DNA from: Octopus sinensis
Lineage: Eukaryota
Length of the DNA: 64,000 nucleotides
Reading direction: 5' to 3'
Assembly: GCF_006345805.1 (NCBI RefSeq)
Contig: NC_043001.1
Location: 8,370,001 to 8,434,000 of the forward strand
Shown here: one piece after another, positions 11,147-23,490 of the stretch
How the letters are laid out: each line of letters starts with the position of its first letter
Numbering within the stretch: position 1 is the first letter of the stretch
Notes under the pieces: model-generated
Told to the model about the DNA's origin: nothing
Seen by the model: only the letters and a program-made list of their open reading frames with translations
The model's database searches: none
Made by a program: the position numbers and the translations under genes

Positions 11147-11308
11147 TGTGGAATGAATTTTAGGGCTTATAAAGTTAATATTTTTCTATCCTTCCTTAAT
11201 ACCGGTTCCCATGTGCTGCTCCTATCTGCACTCAGTCTGCTGAGGAGGTTGTTGTGTCCTACCTTCTTTCAGTTTTCGTATTTCCAATGGTGTTCTTTGC
11301 CTATTATA
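11147..11308 (-). pseudogene. Last ~160 bp of the same PLE ORF as 2861-3330
   Basis: Aligns with 2861-3035, with an internal deletion. Confidence 0.85.
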
Positions 11309-11602
11309 CCCACGGGCATATAGTGTAGTGGTTAAGAACGCGGGCTACTAGACCCAAGATTCCGAATTCTATACTAAGCAGTGTCCTGAACAACAACAAC
11401 AGCAATAATAATAATAATAACATCGAAAAATCCCTTAGGAATGAGAACCCAGGTTCGAAATTTCCCCAAGACACCTGATGAAGGCTGGAGAGTGTATCAG
11501 CCGAAATGTTGTGTTAACAACAAACAAGATAAGGACAAATATCCGTCAAATGTAAATAATGTAAATAATGTACATAATTCGTCCATCTTTTAAATATAGA
11601 AC
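11309..11602 (+). mobile_element. Family A element, inverted partner of 10215-11308
   Basis: Begins at cccacgggcatat (start of the tRNA-like head), then a short AAC/AAT tract, HHR, and tail to taaatatagaac. Confidence 0.9.
11471..11514 (+). ncRNA. Minimal type I hammerhead ribozyme (family A, best-preserved copy)
   Basis: Stem I ACAC/GTGT; core CTGATGA plus extra A; stem II GGCTG/CAGCC; GAAA; stem III TG (CG in other copies); NUH = GUU. Confidence 0.8.
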
Positions 11603-12404
11603 ATGTGTTATCATGTTACATGTTGAGGCACGCATTGTCATTCTATCCTTGTATACAAGCTATGCTTCCAGCAAACGTGAAAATTAACCCTATCAAATAG
11701 GAAAAAAAAACTCTCTCCTTTTTCTCTCTCAGTGCCTCTCTTTCTCCGCATTATCTTTCCCCTCTCCCATTTCTTTCTCTCTCTTTCTCTCTCTCCCTCT
11801 CTCTCTGCTCTAGAGCTACTGGTACTGCTCACGTGATGATACCTCCAACTATACATTTATGCATATCACAAATTGGCATGTACTGCCTTCGCCCTCGGCT
11901 CTGCCTTATGCTCTTCCTTCATTGGTTCAAGTCTACTCTCTTCGCTGTCTCGAAGATGTCCAAAGGCATGGATTACTTACTGGATGTCGACAAATGTCCT
12001 GTAGCAGTTCTAATTTAAAAGTTGATTAAACACGTCAACATTGATGAAAAGTTTTAGTTTAATTAGCGACGATATGCTTCCCACAAGGAATATCAAAAGT
12101 TTACTTTAATAGTTACTGGACGAAGAATAAACTAACTAAAAATCGAAAAGTTGCATTGATTATTATATTATAAATGCCTCTCTAATTCATTGCTAATATG
12201 TTCGATTTATTCCCCATTCTATTACATGCGTTCCTTCTTCAATGTAAACATGTGTAGACTTGTCCTATGGAAACATCAGTAGGCTTGGTAGAATTCTCCG
12301 CTGAGCTGACCCATTCATACGCTATACTTCCTCTAACATTTGCCAATATATTGATGTCCTTCATCAGTGTATCTGCCTTCAATACCATATTCAATTTACC
12401 TATT

Positions 12405-12640
12405 TCTTTACTGCCCACAAGGGGCTAAACACAGAGGGGACAAACAAGGACAGACAAACGGATTAAGTCGATTACATCGACCCCAGTACATAACTGGTAC
12501 TTAATTTATCGACCCCCCGAAAGGATGAAAGGCAACCTCTACCATGGCGGAATTTGAACTCAGATCGTAACGGCGGACAAAATACGGCTACGCATTTCAC
12601 CCGGAGAGTGCTACCGTTTCTGCCAGCTCGTCGCCCTTAC
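12405..12640 (-). mobile_element. tRNA-derived SINE group 1
   Basis: Matches 33576-33807 (ggcgagctggcagaaacg...gagttcaaattccgcc...ctttcggggtcgataaattaagtaccag...ccccttgtggg). Confidence 0.85.
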
Positions 12641-14019
12641 CATATTCAATTGACCATCTCTTCAAGGACAACATTTTCCCATTGTTTTCTTTGTCTTCTT
12701 ATTTATTTGTCTGTCAGCTTGTGTGTGTGTGTGTGTGTTTGTGTGTGTGCATGTGCGTGCTTGTATGTGTTTCTGACTCTCGACAGTGCGATAATGTGGC
12801 ACATTTTTTGAGCCATTCAAAGCACACATAACACATTTTATAACATATCATATAGGTTAGTGCATATCCTATGGTAACAACCTTTGCAATTAACATTCAA
12901 TGGCAACGTATATTAGCAGACAAGTTACACAGTAGATATTAAATATAAGGTCTTCTCCTTGGTTGTCTTTAGTGTTGATAAACTCTCTGGTAAGCTGTAT
13001 CGAGATACAATAGTCTCTCAAAAATACATGAGAATATTAAATGCACTGAAGTTTGTGGTAGAATGTGACTTTTTACATAATTGTTTTGTATATAAGTATC
13101 TATGAAAGAAAAATTGCAAAGAAAACAATTAGAAGCAATGAAGTATACACTTTCTTTTTTATTGGATATTTCTCTTTCATGTAAATATATCTTCGAAAGT
13201 ATATTTCTGAGGTAAATATATTTCATGTTGATCAATTGGACAGAGATATTTGTATTGTTAATGTCAGAGGAATTCCAAATCTCACACAAGCTTTACATCT
13301 TTATTCGCCGAGTAAGCTTCATATGTATTTCTTCGTATTATAAAGAGAATCAGTCCTTTGATATTTTTGTCTTGCTATTATTACAACATTTTATGGGAGT
13401 CAATAAAATGTTTTAAATCGTTTTTCTTTTTCTTTTGCTTTGCTATGTGGTCTTCTGAAATACATTGTTTAATTACTTTCCATAATATTCAACTAAAATA
13501 ATAGTATGTGACTGGTGTAACTTCTAATATATTTGTATGCAAACGTTTTTGTCATACTCTCCTTTCATTTGAATCATACCTTATACATTCTTATACAAAT
13601 ACAATTGCGTTCCTAACGTAGCATTGTCAGATAAGAGAGCAACAAAACTGACTCAGACAGACAGGAATAACAGTCGTAGAATAGTTCCAAAGAAGGTCAG
13701 CAGACAGTGCACATATTGGTCAGCCGTTTTAGTTATGTTTAATATATAATATTATTTAAGAAATGAAATATTAAATAAGTTAACTCCAAATTAATCATGA
13801 ATGTAGTGATAGGAACATGATGTAACTCATGCAATGATTAAACAAAGAGACACAACCAGCATTGATATGGGTACACAAGCACACATATGCACATATATAT
13901 AATTTTTTTTTCCTAGTTTCAGCCCAGAGCCGCGGCCATGCTAATGCACCGCCGTTTTGTGCTACACTCTTATTATGACGAACCTCGTCGAATATGTGGC
14001 ACTTGGTGAAGAATGGATT

Positions 14020-14412
14020 TTGATACAGCTACTCTCATTTGCACTTTTTTCCGTGAGGTAGGTTCATCTGGGACTCTTGACAGGAAGATGTCCAGCTTTG
14101 ATTTAAAACCGCTACATGTACTTTGTGCAAGTTCCTCAGACTCTTTGGGAGAATATTAAAAAGCTGTGGGCCCTTGAAACCCAGGTTGTTGCAGAAGCTG
14201 GTCCTGAAGCGTGAATGCATTGCTGGGATCTTTGGCACTATGCAGTGTCGTCCCGCTCTAGCCCTGGTTTAGCTTACAATGCCAAAATATGGCACAATTC
14301 CTTCAAGGATCTTCCAGACATATATTACTGCATACCTCTCCCGTCTTCTCTCCAGGGAGTAGAGTCTTAGCTGTGTCAAGCTTTCCCAGATGATCTTCTT
14401 TGTGAATCCTCT
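14020..14412 (-). mobile_element. CR1/L2-group LINE 3' fragment
   Basis: WESLTQLRLYSLERRRERYAVIYVWKILEGIVP ... KGPQLFNILPKSLRNL. Confidence 0.8.
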
Positions 14413-14569
14413 CTGGTTTTATATATATATATATATATATTTATATATACGGAGCAAATAACTAGCTGAAGGATTAAAATTAATCAGATGACATTTGTTT
14501 TGGGGATTTAAATAGGTTTTGACTTTTATTTCCAGCAGGTAGTTATACTTAGTATGCCCTTTGATTAAT

Positions 14570-14644
<75 letters not shown>

Positions 14645-14705
14645 GTATATGAATGTATGCATGTATGTATGTATGTATGTATATATGTATGTATGTATAT
14701 TTATA

Positions 14706-14793
14706 TATTCTTTATGTGAGTTTGTGCGTTGAAATATATTTTGTTGCACCTGGGGAGAGTCATTCACCGGAAAAGCTAATGACTCATTTAGTT
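14706..14793. repeat. 88-bp direct repeat (copy 1) flanking a SINE; copy 2 at 15427-15514
   Basis: Four mismatches in 88 bp by eye; both copies are preceded by a TA-rich microsatellite. Confidence 0.9.
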
Positions 14794-15024
14794 CTCTTTC
14801 TCTTTTTCTCTTTTACTTGTTTCATTCATTTGACTGCGGCCATGCTGGAGCACCGCCTTTAGTCGAGCAACTCGACCCCGGGACTTATTCTTTGTAAGCC
14901 AAGTACTTATTCTATCGGTCTCTTTTGCCAAACCGCTATGTAACGGGGACATAAACACACCCGCGTCGGTTGTCAAGCAATGCTAGTGGGACAAACACAG
15001 ACACACAAACACACACACGCATAT

Positions 15025-15106
<82 letters not shown>

Positions 15107-15282
15107 TATACATATATACGACAGGCTTCTTTCTGGTTCCGTCTACCAAATCCACTCACAAGGTTTTGGTCGGCCCGAAGCTATTGTAGAAGACACTTGC
15201 CCCAGGTGCCACACAGTGGGACTGAACCCGGAACCATGTGGTTGGTAGACAACCTACTTACCACACAGCCACTGCTGCGCCT
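14794..15282 (-). mobile_element. tRNA-derived SINE group 2 (internal TA/CA tract), full length
   Basis: Head aggcgcagcagtggctgtgtggtaagtagg...ggttccgggttcagtccc, central tgggcaagtgtctt, tail ggtgctccagcatggccgcagtcaaatga. Confidence 0.9.
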
Positions 15283-15427
<145 letters not shown>

Positions 15428-16306
15428 ATTCTTTATGTGAGTTTGCGTGTTGAAATATATTTTGTTGCATCTGGGGAGAGTCATTCACCGGAAAAGCTAA
15501 TGACGCATTTAGTTATTTATTTTACCTAAAATTTTCGTTGCGTCATCAACACATTTCAATGGTCGTCGATTCTGTCCGTTATCCGAGCTGACTTCATATT
15601 GTTTGTTTGTGCGTATGTGTGTGAGTCAGTGTATGTGTGTACATACACATGTATGTATGAATGTATGTACGTATACAAGTGTTTTTATGCATGTATGTGT
15701 GTGCGTGCGCATATATATATATATGTGTGTGTGTACGTTTGTATTTATGTATTCTACACATTCATGTGTTTTTTCGTGTGTGTGTGTTTGTATGTGTGTG
15801 TACCTCTGTTTCCTTGTGTGTGGATGTCTACATGCGTCTGTGTATAGGGTTCTGTGACTATGTACTGTGTCTGTATCTATGGATGTGTGTCTCCATATGT
15901 ACCCTTGAGTGAAGGGAAGTGTGTGTGTATATATGTTCATGTGCTCCAGTCTTAATTTGCGTATGTATATGTGTGTCTCTGCTTGTCTGTTCACATTACC
16001 TAAGTACTTATCCGTCGGTATGACTCTATGTTTACATGCATAAATATTTGCCTATATACAGGTGCATATACACATACATATACCAGTACTCATATATACG
16101 CACAGACGCATTCTATCTATTCTACCTGTGTGCTTATCAGTTCATATCACCTATGTATCTGTCCGTACATATGGTCTATCTTTTTACAGTCTTATATACA
16201 TTTTCTTATATGCGTGCGCATATACATTTATATATATAAACATTCAGGGTGAATACTTGATAGTTTTAAGCACCTGTATATACCATTTAGTGGTGTAGGT
16301 GATAGA

Positions 16307-16525
16307 GTATATTAATCAAATTAAAAACATGATTCAAAGGATTTAGCGGCACATATGTTTCGGGCCTTTATTAGACGGTTTTATAACAATGCATAATTGA
16401 TGTAAATGTGTGCCATAGACACACATTTACATCAATTATGTATTGTTATAAAACCGTCTAATAAAGGCCCGAAACATATGTGCCGCTAAATCCTTTGAAT
16501 CATGTTTTTATTTTGATTAATATAC
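16307..16525. repeat. Near-perfect 219-bp palindrome (106-bp arms, 7-nt loop)
   Basis: 16307-16412 is the reverse complement of 16420-16525 with two mismatches by eye; loop ccataga. Confidence 0.95.
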
Positions 16526-16528
16526 ATT

Positions 16529-16560
<32 letters not shown>

Positions 16561-16854
16561 GATATATATATATACACGAATATATATATATATACACACA
16601 AATATATATATACATTTATATATATATAACATATACATATATACATACATATATACATATACATATATATATATATTTATATATATATTTTTATATTTAT
16701 ATTTATATTCATGTACACACACACATACACATATGCATGTCACTGGATCATTATCAACAATCGTTGACTCTGCTCGTTATCTGAGCAGCGTTCGTTTCGT
16801 TTGTTTATGCACAGGTATGTGGGTCAGTGCATATAGATATGTATGTATGCATGC

Positions 16855-17875
16855 ATGTAGTGGAAATTTACAGAAAGCCAAAAGACGAAGACAAGTGTAT
16901 AAATAACAAGCAGGTGTCTTGTTTGACGGTTAGGAAAGTGAGAAAGTCTTTTACGTTTCGAGTCTACGCTCTTCAACAGAAAGGAAACCGCACAAATAAA
17001 TAGAGAAAATAAAACTTGTGGAGTTACCGATCAATCATGGTGACTGGTTTGACATGGTAGTTTGACAGGAGAGCTAGGAAGAAGGGGAGACAATAAAGTA
17101 CTGGTTATGCCAAAACAAAGGTGCGCGTGCGTGTGTGTATGAGAAAATGTGTGTGCGCGTGTGCTAGAGACTGGTGACTTTGACGTGTGGATGTATGTGT
17201 ATGTTTATAATGTTTGAATATGTGGATGTTGGTGTAGGTGCTGTGAAGTGATTAGTGCTAGTGTGTGAATGTGGTAGTGTGTGGTATGGCAGTGTTGCGG
17301 GTGAGGATGTGAGCTTGGGATGCGGGTTTAGGGTGAAGATGTGGGATTACGGTCAAGGTGTGGGATAGGGCTGAGGTATGTGGGACTGTGATGTGTGGTG
17401 GAAGGGGTATGTCTGGAGGGGGTATCAATGTAGGGAGAAGGTCAGCAGGGATTAAGAGAGAAAGTAGGTGTCAGGGCAAGGGTGGAGAGGAGAGGTGGGT
17501 AGGAGTGAAAAGAGGAAGTAGGTGTCAGATAAAGGGAGGAGAGGAGGACAGAAAGAGCAGAGGATGCAGTAAATAACGTTGCTAGAAGTGCAGGTGAATG
17601 AGATAGTGATATGATAGAGATGATGATGGGTGCCTGTAGAGATGGTGGTGTTGGAGAGGTAGGGGTACGTGTGGTAGCGTGTGCGGGAGCAGAGGAGCGA
17701 TCAAGATTGGGAGGTGGGGTTTGGGAAGAATATCTGGACCACGTTGTTTGTGGGCTCGTTTGATGGAGGGAAGGGATAAGTTGGGGAAGATATGCGAAGT
17801 TCAGGGGTCGGACTGGAGGCGCCGCAATGCTCGGCAAATGATGCATTGGAGGGGTGGAACGTGGGGGGATATGCG
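16855..17875 (-). mobile_element. C-rich repeat ending in an HHR-bearing tail; probable PLE 3' region/pseudo-LTR
   Basis: GC-richer, strand-biased segment bounded by TA/CA microsatellites, with an HHR motif ~90 nt from its minus-strand 3' end. No recognisable ORF. Confidence 0.55.
16948..16983 (-). ncRNA. Minimal type I hammerhead-like motif with variant core CUGUUGA
   Basis: Minus strand CTTT-CTGTTGA-A-GAG(cgtaga)CTC-GAAA-CG-TA-AAAG: stem I, stem II, ACGT palindrome and GUA site are all present. Confidence 0.7.
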
Positions 17876-18104
17876 GTATATATATATATGCATATATATG
17901 TGTGTATCATGTATGTGTGTGTATAAAACCATATATTTATTTGTGTATATTTGTATGAATTCTGCATATCCATATCTATATATAAAACAAAGTTATTTTC
18001 TTCCTTACGAGTAAAAATATAAGAAAAAATAGAAACTGAAAATGCACTGAGAAGAGTTATGTTTTTTATTTTTATTACTATATTTAAAGATTTAACGGTT
18101 TTTA

Positions 18105-18275
18105 CAGTTTACACTGATTATCAAATTGTTCAAAAGGAAGAACGTAGCTTATATATCACAGATCTCCTGGTTCTGACTAGTGTTTCAAACAAGCTTCAAA
18201 CACTTGTCAGATGCAAGAGAACTGCGATAGATATGTCTCTCCTTTTGAACTTCCTGATAATCAGTGTAAACTCTG
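18105..18275. mobile_element. MITE-like foldback (~170 bp)
   Basis: gtttacactgattatca / tgataatcagtgtaaac and gttcaaaagga / tccttttgaac inverted pairs. Confidence 0.7.
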
Positions 18276-18354
18276 AAACTGGTTAAAGCTTAAAATATCT
18301 TAATAAAAAATATTATAACTATTTTCAGTTATTTTCAACTCCTTTTTTCCCTAT

Positions 18355-18355
18355 A

Positions 18356-18416
<61 letters not shown>

Positions 18417-18470
18417 GTTGTTGTTGTTGTTGTTGTTATTATTATTGTTATTATTATTATTATTATTATT
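18355..18470. repeat. (TTA)/(TTG)n microsatellite
   Basis: Direct inspection. Confidence 0.95.
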
Positions 18471-18599
18471 AGATAATAAATCGATGGTTTATATTTGGTA
18501 TTTTACAGGTAGGCAAGATCAATTTCACAGTGTTGGTTATGTATTTGGTTAATGTGATACGGAAAATGGAAGATACGAGAATTTAGAGCATTGATCTGA

Positions 18600-18975
18600 T
18601 GAAACAAATCCGCTTTCGCCAGCTTGCCTAGGCATTTTATCTTCATAGCATTTCGTAACTTCTCCTCAGGAACATGATATGGACAGTGTGTCTCTTTTGA
18701 AAATAGTCAGTAAACACAATGGCTTTTGCATCCTAAAAACTGAGACCATTAGCTTCACAGCAGAAGAAAGCACCATGACATTCTTCGGAGCAGGGGAGGA
18801 GGTGTGTCCCTATTGCATGGCTTGTCCCTTTTTCTCAGACTCGAAATGATGAACTCAACACACTTACTTGATTAGGAAACGTTCAAGGAAATGAGCTAGA
18901 TATCTTTCAAACAACATCAGATGTTTCTGTGATATGATAGCATTGGTCCACGTTTGATCAGCCCACCCTCATATA
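18600..18975 (-). pseudogene. mariner transposase relic, internally deleted
   Basis: HTSSPAPKNVMVLSSAVKLMVSVF*DAKAIVFTDYFQKRHTV / EKLRNAMKIKCLGKLAK resembles SP.PKK...SAGKVMASVFWDAKG; TIR-like gagggtgggctga near 18960-18972. Confidence 0.75.
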
Positions 18976-21426
18976 TGACTAGCCCTGTACAACAATATTT
19001 CAGACTTTGTACCTATAGTAGGAAGTATTTAGACACATGAATATTTCGTGAGTTTGTTTGTTATATACTACTGCATGTTTTGGCTACAAAATCTTTATAC
19101 TATATTGCGCTGTTTAGTCAACATTTTTAGTTTTCTCTATATGTTCTATCACGAATTTTGTTCGCTAATTGTGATGGGGGTGGAGTATATTTATTCCAAG
19201 TTTGAGCCTTCTTTATTTATTCATTTCTTCAATGGAGAATAGGAATATGTTTTGCTTTCCGTACAGTTATTATGAACATCAAAATCCCTATATTTTATTT
19301 AGCGTTTAATTCTTGTATTTTTCATATGCACATTATATCATAATCGTTGTTAACTAATACTTTACAATATCATATACTTTAGTGATGAGTTACATGGAAT
19401 GCCCGCAAGTTATATATTAAATGTGATCTTTCAAATATGCATGTATACAACACTAAATTCAACATCTCAGAAAAAAAACATTCTGTGAGTTACATACTTT
19501 TCAAATACTTTACTTAGAAACGAAAATGCGTTCTCCATGCATTTCAGAACGCAATATTATGCAACTGTTATATGTATGGCGAAAGAGAGAAATAGTTCAA
19601 TGAATTATTGCTCAGGATTTGAAATTACAACTTCAACATTACAAGAAATTCGAAAATTTGAATACAAATTTAACACAAAACAAAATTTATCACATTTTCT
19701 TAAATCTTAGCTGGCAGAATTTCATTGTGTCTTTAGTCTCCGTTCATAATCGACTTCGAAACAGCATAATTTTTTATGCAAAAGGCAGAATTCAAGTGTC
19801 TTTGAAGTAAAGAAATGCTTTTCTTTAGAAACAATCTTGAATGCTAAAGCTCATAAAATTTAAACAAAATGGCTGTGTTATTTTCTTTTGTTTAGCTACG
19901 CAGATAATATTCTTGTATAACGGCGCATGACAAGTATTTTTGAAAAACAAAATTCGTCGAAATAATTCGCGTGAGTATGAAGAAAATCTGAAAGGGAATG
20001 CATCTCTTGAAAGAAAACAGACTTCAAATACGCTTTGAAAAATATATATTTTCTCCTCGTGTGTTTTAGTGAAAGTTTATTTCATTGAAGTATATCGACA
20101 AGTAGGAATGATTGTGCATTTGAATGATTTAACGTATATGCTCATTTCTATGAATGTTTGTGTAGAGAAAGTATCTGAATAAAAATTTACTTGCTGGTGA
20201 TTCAAATATTTTTTTACTGTTTTGTTTAACTTATTCTACGAAATTTTAAATATATATTTTATGATGAATATTCACCTGTTAATGTTAGAATAGTGGCAGT
20301 TTATTGATTCGGGGGAAATATTTGCAACATATCAATGACTGTTTTCGAAGCAACAGAGTTAAATTCTAACACAAAATTTATTTTTCCTTTTTTACGGAGC
20401 GTCCTCCTTGCTGGTTTCATGTATTTTCTTAATTGTTTGCAACCGTTAATTTTATTTTCATTCTTTGGAATTTGTAGTGTTTTTTGTTGTTTATTTTGTC
20501 ATCGTCGTTTTTGGTGTTTTTAACACTCGATACCATTCTTCCTACTGATGTTCCTGCAGGTATCTTTGTGTTGTTGGTTTCAGGTTATTCTTTTTAACAC
20601 GTCTCTCTAGCAGTTTATTTTTTAAAGCTTGAGCTCGATTTTCTGCGACAACGGTTTTATTACCACGCCCAAACATTCAAATAAGAATTTTCACTTGATT
20701 TCTCTAAATCCAAAATTGAATTTCAAAGAGAACTCAATGTGTTTTGAAATATCTTTACAAATTTTAAAATAAACATATCGAACAAAATAAATCGCATTTA
20801 TATGGGTGTTAAGATATCTTTTTTCGGTGAGACATGTTTAAATGAAAGGCGTGACTACCTCTATACAAGTGAAATGCATTTAACTGTAAAAGAAAATGGT
20901 CTGACAGAGATGATAAAATAGGATAGCAGATAGTTGTTTCACAAAAATTTGCTTTAAATATATTGCAAATATTAAGTTCTAGTTGACCCGTTGTTACGGG
21001 TTTTTTTTTCTGTATTACACTATTTATTAATGGAAACATGAAAATAAAACCCATTATTCGTTTTATCACTAACTCAAATTCCTTTATACACAAACAGTTC
21101 CGCACTGTACTACAGTGTATGTTGACGTTGCAATAAGAGATGGAGATTTTGCATTCCGTGACATTACAAGTAAAAAAAATTGATTGGTTTGCATATTTGC
21201 GTGTTATTTACGTGAAAGATAGCATATAGAAGGCTTTTAGTATTCAGACGGAAACATCCGATGTAGGGAAGTTATGTACAGAATAATTAGTTAACAGAAG
21301 AAAGTGCACCGATAGACACTCTATTCTATAAGGCTTAATAAAATATCTCACCTCCCTTACAGTTGCTCCCTATATTTAAGTGAATGCGTAGAGCAATTAA
21401 CAAAAACGAAGGGAAAATTAGACTTT

Positions 21427-21534
21427 GCAATAAATTGATGCATTTTGAGGTATTTTAAAGCATTTTGCAACATATTGATGCATTTTGAGGTATTTTGAAG
21501 CATTTTGCAATAAATTGAGGCATTTTGCAACATA
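21427..21534. repeat. 40-bp tandem repeat, ~2.5 copies
   Basis: Unit gcaataaattgatgcattttgaggtattttaaagcatttt. Confidence 0.85.
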
Positions 21535-23192
21535 CGTGATTTTGAACGTTAATAGGAATTTTTATGATTGATCCCCGTTAATTAATATTCTACTTCTGAA
21601 AGCGATTTTATGTGAAGTATCATAGAGTTTTTCATCTATCATTTCGTTCTATTCCCAACATACATAGATCGAAATTTCAAGCTATCTTGGAAAGTCCATA
21701 AACCACTTTGTTAGCGACATTTAGCAATGAAAATGTTCATCCTATTTACAAAATTAATCGATAGCAATCTAAAATTAGATCTGAAGTGTAAATAACATTC
21801 TCTCACTCTAAATCGTAATATGTAACGTGATGAGAGCTCTGTAAAATTATGAAAAAATAGTTATCTACAAATTTAAAAAAAAACATAATTTTAACTGCTG
21901 TTCTTTAAAATGCCTAGAAAAGCATTGCCCATGTGTTTTTGATATAGACGTAAATGGTATATATAAGCAGCTTCTTTTAACAATGAACAAGACTAAAATA
22001 TTATTTGCTTAATACTAAAGGAAGGTTAGAAAAGGTTTGACAGTAATTTATGAACATAAACATATACACAACACGTATAAATGAAACACTTCGATAGTTT
22101 ATAACAAATATTATTACAACGAATGTCACCTGTTAAAACATTTCCAATTTGAGACAATACGTAACGTGAGAAATAAAGGTAAATTGGTAATTTTTATCAA
22201 TAAGAAATTTGCTCTTTCTTTTAATGTCATTATATTTGTTATGGGTTCTACTTGTAAATAGTGATTCTCTATATAATTGTTTTTATGTCCCGGATATGTG
22301 TCTGCTGTGTTTGCAGTAATATAAGTTGTTAGAAGTAAATAATATTTATTTCATCGGTTTGTTAATTTTCTCGCGTATTTTCGCCTGACATCTGAATATG
22401 AAGCTTCTACAGAAAATCATTTGATACGTAACACAAAACGATATATTTAATAACGGAGTAGGAATGAGAAATATAAAGCAGGTTTAGCCATGTTTTCCTA
22501 TAGTGTACGCAACATTAATATCTCGGTGAATGTTATATTTGCAAAATTTTGACAGATAAGGTTATTGGTGAGTTTTTGAAAAGCAATGTTTGTAATACTT
22601 CAGAAGATACTAAGTAATACTAAGTAGATAATAAGTAATATTTAGTGAAATTTGAACTGAATCATTAGTATATAAAATACATTCCCGTTCTGTTGTGGTC
22701 TGAAGCGGGGACTCGAAGATGAATCTGTGGATATGCGGTAAAACATCAGTAGAAAACCACCATAGTTTTACGTGTTCCGTATATTAACCGATCAACAGGT
22801 GTGAAGCGATGCCGTGAACAGGCTTTGCTAAGCACTATGGAATTGGTCTTCTGATCTCTTATAAAAATCGTTCGACTGTTTTTTATCAGTTACACGTCCC
22901 ACGAAGACGGCTGTGGCAGATGGCTCAGACAGATAACTGGAACCTACCTAATCACAGATATAGCACAATTATTTTCAGTTACGTTGGTCAAGCCGCATGT
23001 TATCGTATCAATAGCTTTCCCTGAATACCAAGCAGTATCTCCCTCCCAGTATGCAATTATGGCTGTTGTTTTCTACAAAAGGCTAACATACTTCTCTTTA
23101 TTTCTAATAATAAAATCTTTAGTTAAATGTTCGCTGGATTACTTTTACACGCAGCCCAAGAAACACATTTACATTCATCAACTCAACTATCT

Positions 23193-23490
23193 GTGGAGGC
23201 ACATGGTTTAGTGGTAAGAGCAGCGGATTCGCGGTCGAGGGATCGCGGGTTCGAATCTCAGACCGGGCGATGTATGTGTTTATGAGCAAAACACCTAAGC
23301 GCTACGCGGCTCCGGCAGAAGGTAATGGCGAACTTCTGCTGACTCTTTCGCCACAACTCCGTCTCACTCTTTCCTCCTGCATCTTGCAGCTCACCTGCGA
23401 CGGACTGGCGTCCCGTCCAGGGGAACCTATACACCAAGGAAACCGGCAAACCGGCCCTTATGAGCCATGCGTGGCTCGAGAAGGAACACA
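23193..23490 (+). mobile_element. tRNA-derived SINE (group 3, tail type b)
   Basis: A-box TGGTTTAGTGG, B-box GGTTCGAATCT; body shared with 6353, different tail (gcgacggactggcgtcccgtccagggg...). Confidence 0.85.

Noticed and set aside
12960-13360. Protein-like stretches (LYRDTIVSQKYMRILNALKF; LRKYISEVNIFHVDQLDRDICIVNVRGIP)
   Set aside because: Interrupted by stops and not assignable to any family I recognise; possibly decayed transposon.
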